From an uncultured Spirochaetota bacterium (GTDB lineage: Bacteria; Spirochaetota; Spirochaetia; SZUA-6; Fen-1364): DNA of 64,000 nucleotides. Under the pieces are notes generated by a model. That model was not told where the DNA came from. It made no database searches and was given only the letters and a program-made list of their open reading frames with translations. The stretch covers positions 32,001 to 96,000 of the forward strand of contig CAWAHW010000004.1 of assembly GCA_963781885.1 (NCBI GenBank). The letters run 5' to 3'. Positions 57,167-64,000 of this stretch are shown one piece after another (the first letter of the stretch is position 1; every line of letters starts with the position of its first letter). Position numbers and translations under genes: made by a program.

Positions 57167-58921
57167 ATGTCAAAGTACAAGGGCTTCAGGCCGGACTGGG
57201 AGCACCTCCCGCCGCCTGCCGGTTCTTTCCGTTCCCTCCTGAAATGGGGAAGCCCGACGGAGTTCAAGGCGCCCAATGAGCCCCTCTATCGACTCATGAA
57301 GCAGACGTTCGGCCTGACGGACGAAGATTTCACGCACAAGCTCGACGAGGGTCTTGATCCCGTGTGTGACACGGTCCCTTCCCGGATGGACCCGGCGCAC
57401 GTCGCGTTCCTGCGCTCGGTGGTGGGAGAGCAGAACGTATCGCTGGACACATTTGCGCGGCTCTCCGTGGCATATGGCAAGACCATGTGGGACGTCTACC
57501 GGCTGCGGGAAAAGCTCATGGAGAACCTGCCGGACGCGGTTGCATATCCGTCAGAAAAGGCCCAGATAGAACGGATCGTGGAGTACTGCGGCCGCCACGC
57601 CATTGCGCTGTACGTCTATGGCGGCGGCTCCTCGGTGACCCGGGGTGTGGAAGCATTTCGGGGCGGAATCACGCTGGACATGCGGCGCAGCTTCACCAAG
57701 GTCATCTCCTTCAGCGAGGCGAACAGCACGATCACGGTGGAGGCAGGCATCAGCGGGCCGAAGCTGGAGGACGCGCTGAACAGGGCGCCGGAGCTTTTTG
57801 GCGCGGCGCACGCATATACCTGCGGCCATTTCCCCCAGTCCTTCGAGTACTCGTCAGTTGGCGGCTGGGTCGTGACCCGGGGCGCGGGACAGAACTCCAC
57901 CTATTACGGCAACATCCATGACCTGGTGATGGGCCAGGAGTACGCCACCCCGCGCGGCCCGGTCAGAAGCTATGGCCTGCCCGCGCACGCGGTGGGTCCG
58001 GACATCGATGAGATCATGATGGGAAGCGAGGGCGCCTTCGGCGTTCTCACGCACGTGACGCTGAAGGTCTTTCGGCTCACGGCGGCCAACCGTCAGAAGT
58101 TCAGCTACATCTTCCCCAGCTGGGAGTCCGGCCGCAAGGCGGTTCGGGAGATCATGCAGGCCGGGGCAGGCTTCCCGTCGGTTTTCCGTCTCTCTGATCC
58201 CGAAGAGACCGATGTTGCCCTCAAGCAGTACTCCGTTGAGGGCACGCCGCTTGACACGGCCATGCGGCTCCTGGGCTACAAGCCCCGCCGCCGCTGCCTT
58301 CTCCTGGGCTGGACGGAGGGGGAGCGCGGGTTCGCACGGAACCTGCGGCACGTTGTGGGACGCATTGCGCGCCGCGCGGGCGGCCTTTCTCTCACCTCCT
58401 ACCCCACCATCAAGTGGGAGCACAGTCGATTCCGGGACCCCTACTTGCGCGAGGCGCTCCATGACTACGGCGTGGTGATCGACACCATGGAATGCGGCGT
58501 CACATGGGAGAGCATGGAACGGGTGTGGGCTGGCGTACGCGCCTTTGCCAAATCCCGGCCGCGCACGATCTGCATGACGCACCTGTCTCACATGTACCCG
58601 CAAGGCGCCAACCTCTACTTCATCTTCATTGGGCGCTTCAAGGACAAGGAAGAGTACCTCGAGTATCAGAGCGGGATCTTCGACAACATCCAGGCCCTGG
58701 GCGCGAGCATGAGCCACCATCACGGCGTGGGAAAGGCCACTGCGCGATGGGTGGAGGATTCAATCGGGCGGGAGCAGCTCGAGCTTTTCCGCGCCCTGAA
58801 GCACCACTTTGATCCTGAAGACGTGATGAACCCCGGTGGCACTGTCGCGCTGGACCTCCCGGATTCGGAAAAACGCGTACCTCGATTCGCGCTCCGCGGC
58901 TGGGACGATCCCGCGTATTGA
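57167..58921 (+). CDS. Alkyl-dihydroxyacetonephosphate synthase-like FAD-linked oxidoreductase (VAO/PCMH family)
   Basis: YGGGSSV, GHFPQSFEYSSVGGW..TRGAGQ, GSEGAFGV, GANLYF, SHHHGVGK, MNPG. Confidence 0.88.
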   Translation: MSKYKGFRPDWEHLPPPAGSFRSLLKWGSPTEFKAPNEPLYRLMKQTFGLTDEDFTHKLDEGLDPVCDTVPSRMDPAHVAFLRSVVGEQNVSLDTFARLSVAYGKTMWDVYRLREKLMENLPDAVAYPSEKAQIERIVEYCGRHAIALYVYGGGSSVTRGVEAFRGGITLDMRRSFTKVISFSEANSTITVEAGISGPKLEDALNRAPELFGAAHAYTCGHFPQSFEYSSVGGWVVTRGAGQNSTYYGNIHDLVMGQEYATPRGPVRSYGLPAHAVGPDIDEIMMGSEGAFGVLTHVTLKVFRLTAANRQKFSYIFPSWESGRKAVREIMQAGAGFPSVFRLSDPEETDVALKQYSVEGTPLDTAMRLLGYKPRRRCLLLGWTEGERGFARNLRHVVGRIARRAGGLSLTSYPTIKWEHSRFRDPYLREALHDYGVVIDTMECGVTWESMERVWAGVRAFAKSRPRTICMTHLSHMYPQGANLYFIFIGRFKDKEEYLEYQSGIFDNIQALGASMSHHHGVGKATARWVEDSIGREQLELFRALKHHFDPEDVMNPGGTVALDLPDSEKRVPRFALRGWDDPAY

Positions 58922-59017
58922 AGCAGGCGCGGCGGTTTTCCGCAGCCCCCCTGCCCCGGACGGCCGTGTGGCGCGGTAAAGCGCCAATGGTGGGCGCACG
59001 GCGCCGGCGGGGACAGC

Positions 59018-59046
59018 TTGACCATTATGCCGGCGCGGATTAAGGT
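59018..59046 (+). promoter_or_regulatory. Putative sigma70 promoter
   Basis: TTGACC(59018-23)-N17-TAAGGT(59041-46). Confidence 0.45.
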
Positions 59047-59086
59047 CTGATTCAATCCTTCATCCTCTCCATAGGAGACACCTCTG

Positions 59087-59743
59087 ATGAAAAAAAGCCT
59101 GGCTGCAGCGCTCATGTTGCTCGGAGCAACAACGGCTTACTCGGCGCCCCTCCTCCCCCCGTCCTGGGGCGCCATCTTCTACGCGTCCGGCGGCTACAGT
59201 GCGGACACGGTCACCTACACGTCGACGGCCGCCCTCCCGACAAGAGTGGACGCATCGGGGCTCGTCCTTGAGCTCGGGGGCTCCGTGCGTTGGATCCCGG
59301 TCACTTTTCTCGCCGCGGAGGCCACTGTCGGAAGCGACTGGTATACAGGGGTCGACGGAGCGTTGACGCGGATGGGGACGCTGAGTCCTTTTGGCAGCTC
59401 CACTATCTACACCGACTCCTCCGACTACGCAAGTGGAGACGACGAGTCCATCTTCCTGGCCGCAGACGTTTATCTCTGCCTTCCCTTCCTGCCCTTCAAC
59501 CTGTTTGCCGGCTACAAGCACAACTGGTTCATCGCGAGCCTGGTGACCACGATGGTGGGCTCCGACGAGCTGCGCTTCGGCGTTGAGATCCTTGCCACCC
59601 GCTTTCTCTCCGTGAAGATCGCGGGAGAGATCCCTTTCGCGTACGGAGCCACCTACACGATGATGGACGGCGCCACGGTCAGTCCCGGCTCCGGCTACAA
59701 CATCACCGCGGAAGCCGTCTACAGATTCGACTCCGGGGAGTAA
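59087..59743 (+). CDS. Hypothetical exported protein, possible small outer-membrane beta-barrel
   Basis: Signal peptide, alternating hydrophobic strands, near-terminal AVYRF; AGGAGA RBS. Confidence 0.65.
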   Translation: MKKSLAAALMLLGATTAYSAPLLPPSWGAIFYASGGYSADTVTYTSTAALPTRVDASGLVLELGGSVRWIPVTFLAAEATVGSDWYTGVDGALTRMGTLSPFGSSTIYTDSSDYASGDDESIFLAADVYLCLPFLPFNLFAGYKHNWFIASLVTTMVGSDELRFGVEILATRFLSVKIAGEIPFAYGATYTMMDGATVSPGSGYNITAEAVYRFDSGE

Positions 59744-59747
59744 GCTA

Positions 59748-61184
59748 ATGAAGAAACACACCCTCGTCATTGCCCTTTGTGCCGGCCTGCTCTGCCTCAT
59801 GATCCTTGGCTGCGCAACCCCCTTCTACCAGGACCGACGGCGCGCCCTCATTTACTCGCCCCCCGCGTCCTTCCATCCCTACAGCACGGCGCTCGCAAAG
59901 GAGCTGGGATACAAGGAGCAGTGGAAGCTTCCGCTCGCGGGCACGACGAACGTCGACGCGGCGAGCCTCCAGATCACACGGATCACGGACGAATCCTTCG
60001 TCGCGTCGCTGAAGGAGACGCCGCTCGCGGGAGAGCGCACGACCAATTTCCTGGTGAGCGGCATCCACACTGCCTCCCCACGGATCGTTTCCCGCAGCTT
60101 CCCCGGCACCATCCTCCCCGTGGGCGGGGAGATCTACTGCGTGGAAGAGACCTCGACGGGCTTCTCGCTCTCCGCATACGATGAGAACATGTCCCCGACG
60201 GACGTGAAAAAGATCACCTGCTACAAGTACAAGCACGCGGAGAACAACATGCTGGACTCCACCAGCACCGGCAATTTCCACGAGGAGGGCAACATCAGCT
60301 CGTACTTCTACGCGGATCCCTACATCGTGTTCACCTCCGTCAACTATTCCACGGACAAGTATTACGCCTCCACGCACTACCAATCCCAGGCCGTGTCCGC
60401 CAACACCGTCCAGTTCATCTGCGTGAACCTGCTCACCGGGGACACGTTCAGGACCGCGGAGGTGAACTTCGGCCCCTATTACAAGAGCCAGAACAACAAG
60501 GCGCTCCCCGGCGTGCTCACACCCTCCAGTTCCGCCTTTTTCGTCATCCCGGACCAGGTGGCCTTCGCCTTCACCCTCACGGATGACCAGAAGGACTCGT
60601 ATCTTTGCTACTTCACGCCCGAAGCGGGGAAGGACGCCGGGATCCGCGTCGATACGGCAGAGAACATCGTGAAGATGTTCCCCTCCCTGACGCTTACCAA
60701 CCAGGTGGTCATGGAGGAGACCGCCGAGATCCGCATCCTGCGACAGGCAATCAGCACCGGCGGGACGATAACCCTCGCAGGGGAGGACAGGCCGGTGATC
60801 GCGTTCCAGGGGATCCCCGGGGATGGCTTTCTCATCTATTCGCGTGAGAAGGCACGGAACGGTTCACCGTGCAGCCTGTTCTACACGGACCTCACCCTCC
60901 AGACCGTCCGCTGGAAACACGACTTTGCTAAGGGCGTGACGGTATCCGAGGGAGTCGTGAACACGGCGGATGGGAATGTCCTGCTCACGGACTGCGATGC
61001 GTCCGGGGGCGGGCTCCTGCTCGTGAAGATGCTCCAGACGGGAAACGAGAGCAGGCTGGTACCGGTGAACGTCGTGCAAAAGGACTTGGACGCCGATGCC
61101 GCGGGGTACTGCTTCGTCGGCGGCGGACTTGCCCTGTACGACGACCAGTCCGGAACGGTGTCGTACTTCATCCAGCAGAAATGA
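59748..61184 (+). CDS. Hypothetical lipoprotein
   Basis: MKK..hydrophobic..ILGC lipobox; long ORF with genome-typical GC3 bias; beta-rich. Confidence 0.75.
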   Translation: MKKHTLVIALCAGLLCLMILGCATPFYQDRRRALIYSPPASFHPYSTALAKELGYKEQWKLPLAGTTNVDAASLQITRITDESFVASLKETPLAGERTTNFLVSGIHTASPRIVSRSFPGTILPVGGEIYCVEETSTGFSLSAYDENMSPTDVKKITCYKYKHAENNMLDSTSTGNFHEEGNISSYFYADPYIVFTSVNYSTDKYYASTHYQSQAVSANTVQFICVNLLTGDTFRTAEVNFGPYYKSQNNKALPGVLTPSSSAFFVIPDQVAFAFTLTDDQKDSYLCYFTPEAGKDAGIRVDTAENIVKMFPSLTLTNQVVMEETAEIRILRQAISTGGTITLAGEDRPVIAFQGIPGDGFLIYSREKARNGSPCSLFYTDLTLQTVRWKHDFAKGVTVSEGVVNTADGNVLLTDCDASGGGLLLVKMLQTGNESRLVPVNVVQKDLDADAAGYCFVGGGLALYDDQSGTVSYFIQQK

Positions 61185-62890
61185 GCTCTCTCCTTCCCCG
61201 CATGAAGCTCCTGCGATACGTCCCTGGCGTCTTCATTCTGCTCACCATGCTGGGATGCGTGACCCGGCTCACGCCGGCACCCGGTCTGTTCCCTCCGGGC
61301 GAATGGAATGGCACTCCGGTCGTGCAGACCGAGTACGGCCTGGTTTCCGGGGCTGCCGATGCCGAACGCACGTGGGCATGGAAAGGAATCCCGTACGCGG
61401 CGCCGCCCGTCGGGGATTTGCGGTGGAAAGCCCCCCGACCGCCCGCCTCCTGGCAGGGGATCCGAGAGGCGGACCGGTTCGGCAATTCATCTGCGCAAGT
61501 CGTGCCCATCCTGGGGCAAATTGGTTCCGAGGACTGCCTGTATCTCAACGTCTGGAGGCCGAAAAGCGCAGAAGGAATGCTTCCGGTGTACGTATTCGTC
61601 CACGGCGGAGGAAACACCATCGGAAGCTCGGACCTTCCCGACTACCATGGCAACGCGGTGGCTGCGCGGTCGAACATGGTCTACGTGTCCCTCAACTACC
61701 GCCTGTCCGTATTTGGATGGTTCCGCTCACCGGCGCTGACGGCGGGTGAGTCGGCGCTGGACGCTTCGGGCAACTATGGGACGCTGGACATCATCGCGGC
61801 GCTTCGGTGGGTCAAGGAAAACATCGCGGCATTCGGCGGCGATCAATCCAGGGTGACGGTGGCGGGAGAATCCGCGGGTGGTTTCAACGTGCTGTCACTC
61901 CTCGTTTCTCCCGAGGCGGAGGGTCTGTTCCAGAGGGCCGTCGTGGAGAGCGGCATGACGGTGATGGAGAGCACGGAGACGGCAGAGCATGCCGCCAGGA
62001 CAATCACCCTGAAGCTCCTTGTGCGCCGTGGAAAGGCGAAGAACATGCAGGATGCCGCGGCGGTGCTCGATGCAATGTCTGACACCGACATTCGCGCCTT
62101 CCTCTATTCCGTGCCCACATCGGACTTTCTCCGGTCACTGGACAAGAGCCCGGTCGGGCTTGCAATGGCGGACTGGCCCACCATCTACGCGGACGGAGCC
62201 GTGCTGCCTTCAGCAGGGTACAGGGTATTCGGGGACGGAAGCTATCCGAACAAGGTTCCCCTCGTCATCGGGACAAACAAGGATGAGGCCAAGCTCTTCA
62301 TGTTCTTTGGCAAGCAGTATCAGCAGGACCCCGCACTCTATGACGCCATCGCAGCCTACCGCACCGCGTTGTGGCGCTACGCGGGCGTGGACTCCGTGGC
62401 GCAGGGGATAACCGCGCAGGAGGGGCATCCGCCGGTGTATGCGTATCGCTTCGACTGGGGCAGCCCTGACACCCGCGGCCGAAGCCCCTTGCCGGGCGAC
62501 CTTGGACGGCGGTTGGGCGCCTTCCACTCCACGGAAATTCCTTTCTTCCTTGGCACGGGCAGGAATTCCGTCTCATTCATGACGGGGCAGTTCTTTACCG
62601 CGGCCAACGAGCCCGGCCGAAAGGTTCTCACCGAAGCGGCCATGCGCTATCTCGCAGCCTTTGCACGGACGGGCAATCCGAACGACGCAACTGGCGCCTC
62701 GCTTCCCGCCTGGGAGCCTTGGGACCCCGCGGACGGAGGATTCAAGGCCCTCGTCATGGACGTTGACGGGGACGCGTTGCACTTTTCCGCCCTGCATGAA
62801 AGCCCGTCGCTCGCATCGATCAAGTCCACGGCACCGGCCTCGTACGGCGCCGGAGCTGACATGGGATTGCTGCGGGAGATCGCAGAGTAG
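61181..62890 (+). CDS. Type-B carboxylesterase/lipase, probable lipoprotein
   Basis: KGIPYAAPPVGDLRW, SEDCLYLNVW, VHGGG, GESAGG, GAFHSTE; MLGC lipobox; alternative start at 61202. Confidence 0.94.
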   Translation: MSSLLPRMKLLRYVPGVFILLTMLGCVTRLTPAPGLFPPGEWNGTPVVQTEYGLVSGAADAERTWAWKGIPYAAPPVGDLRWKAPRPPASWQGIREADRFGNSSAQVVPILGQIGSEDCLYLNVWRPKSAEGMLPVYVFVHGGGNTIGSSDLPDYHGNAVAARSNMVYVSLNYRLSVFGWFRSPALTAGESALDASGNYGTLDIIAALRWVKENIAAFGGDQSRVTVAGESAGGFNVLSLLVSPEAEGLFQRAVVESGMTVMESTETAEHAARTITLKLLVRRGKAKNMQDAAAVLDAMSDTDIRAFLYSVPTSDFLRSLDKSPVGLAMADWPTIYADGAVLPSAGYRVFGDGSYPNKVPLVIGTNKDEAKLFMFFGKQYQQDPALYDAIAAYRTALWRYAGVDSVAQGITAQEGHPPVYAYRFDWGSPDTRGRSPLPGDLGRRLGAFHSTEIPFFLGTGRNSVSFMTGQFFTAANEPGRKVLTEAAMRYLAAFARTGNPNDATGASLPAWEPWDPADGGFKALVMDVDGDALHFSALHESPSLASIKSTAPASYGAGADMGLLREIAE

Positions 62891-62989
62891 CGCCTGCAGG
62901 ACTTCCGCGTCGGGCGTGTCCTCGGCGCTGGATCGCCTGCAATCACGCCGTGGCCGCCCCGACGCTGCATAAGTACATTGACGCCACCA

Positions 62990-63925
62990 ATGCGTTCTCA
63001 CAGAACAGAATCCCCGGAGTCGGAATCCACGGCTCCTCCGCTCTCCGCGCCCCGCGCGGCCGGCGTGGAGCGCCTCAAGGCATATGTCGAGCTCACCAAG
63101 CCGCGCATCCTGGTCCTGTTGGTGATCGTGGCACTCGCTTCCTTCTATCTCGCCTCCCCCCGCACCCTGGACTGGGGAAGGCTGGTGTCGGCTGCGGTGG
63201 GGATCTCCACGCTCGCCGCGGGCATCCTTGCGCTCAACGGGCACTGGGAGCGTGGCTCGGACGCCCTCATGCGGCGTACGGCTGGCCGGCCTGTTCCCAG
63301 CGGCCGGCTCTCACCGCGCGAGGCGTTTGCGTTCGGCACGGCGGCCACCACCGCGGCGGTCGCGTTCATCACCTTCCGGCTGGGGTGGATCGCCGGGGCG
63401 GCCGCGCTCTTCACATTCGCAAGCTACGTGCTTGTCTACACGCCGCTCAAACGGCGCACCGCGTGGCACACCACTCTCGGCGCGCTCTCCGGCGCCATGC
63501 CCCCGCTCCTGGGGTGGGCGTCGGCGCGCGGTGCGCTGAGCCTCGAGGCATGGGCCCTTTTCGCCATGCTCTTCTTCTGGCAGTTCCCCCATTTCCTGGC
63601 AATTGCGACGATGTACGGCGAGGACTACGCGCGCGCGGGCATCAAGGTGCTGCCGGCGGTGGATGCGAAGGGCGGCGGGCTCACCGCCTCACTCATCGTG
63701 GCAAGTCTCGTGCTCCTTCTGGCCGCCAGCATGCTGCCCTGGCTCACCGGGCTTTCCGGCACCGTCTACCTCGTGGGCGCGGCAGCGGCTGGCGCGGGAT
63801 TCGCCGCTTCGGGGGTTCTCCTGCTTGCACGACGCACCAGGCGCAGCGCCCGGATGGTCCTCCGCGCCTCGGTGCTTTACCTGCCCGTCGTGTTCGCGCT
63901 CATGGTCTTCGACGTGGTACGCTGA
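62990..63925 (+). CDS. cyoE: Protoheme IX farnesyltransferase (heme o synthase)
   Basis: ELTKPRI, DALMRRTAGRPVPSG, YTPLKR, GAMPPLLGW, WQFPHF, EDYARAG. Confidence 0.95.
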   Translation: MRSHRTESPESESTAPPLSAPRAAGVERLKAYVELTKPRILVLLVIVALASFYLASPRTLDWGRLVSAAVGISTLAAGILALNGHWERGSDALMRRTAGRPVPSGRLSPREAFAFGTAATTAAVAFITFRLGWIAGAAALFTFASYVLVYTPLKRRTAWHTTLGALSGAMPPLLGWASARGALSLEAWALFAMLFFWQFPHFLAIATMYGEDYARAGIKVLPAVDAKGGGLTASLIVASLVLLLAASMLPWLTGLSGTVYLVGAAAAGAGFAASGVLLLARRTRRSARMVLRASVLYLPVVFALMVFDVVR

Positions 63926-64000
63926 GCGCGGAACGGGGCGGCAGGGCCCTTTCGGCGGCGCTCCCCGCCCCTGCGCGGCGGCGGCAGGGCCGCCACAATC

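Noticed and set aside
1-64000. CRISPR arrays, tRNA/rRNA genes, IS elements, prophage
   Set aside because: No regularly spaced repeats, structural RNA signatures, transposase, integrase or phage genes were recognised by eye.

Overview
GC-rich bacterial genomic DNA with about 55 genes and no rRNA, tRNA, CRISPR array or recognisable transposase. The solute-binding-protein signal peptides (…AVFANGAKES, …ASATGSKE) suggest a free-living Spirochaetota genome, probably a long-read MAG; this is an inference. About 13 small indels break 8 otherwise intact genes, mostly in short homopolymer runs. Main contents: (1) housekeeping genes (DEAD-box helicase end, glutathione peroxidase, gpmA, MATE transporter); (2) a 13.5-kb LacI-linked catabolic locus of unknown substrate (Fe-ADH, class III aminotransferase, NMT1/THI5-type ABC importer, DhaK, DhaL, alanine dehydrogenase, atypical transketolase, divergent RraA-like aldolase); (3) a TetR-VOC-zinc-ribbon operon; (4) an imuA-imuB-dnaE2 mutasome; (5) a PadR/HAAS/ABC envelope-stress operon; (6) a signalling block with a sigma54-type promoter, a giant Ser/Thr-kinase/AAA/GAF/PAS/His-kinase, a hybrid kinase, a 7TM-PAS-CxxC protein, STAS and another His kinase; (7) a LacI-sugar ABC-PhnP-like locus; (8) sdpR-sdpI-hydrolase; (9) a FadR-type operon joining a three-gene G3P-dehydrogenase-like module, an FGGY kinase and an alkyl-DHAP-synthase-like flavoenzyme, followed by OMP-lipoprotein-esterase genes and cyoE. 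The best candidates for undescribed systems are loci (2) (amino-polyol catabolism) and (9) (possible alkylglycerol/ether-lipid pathway). Both substrate assignments are hypotheses.
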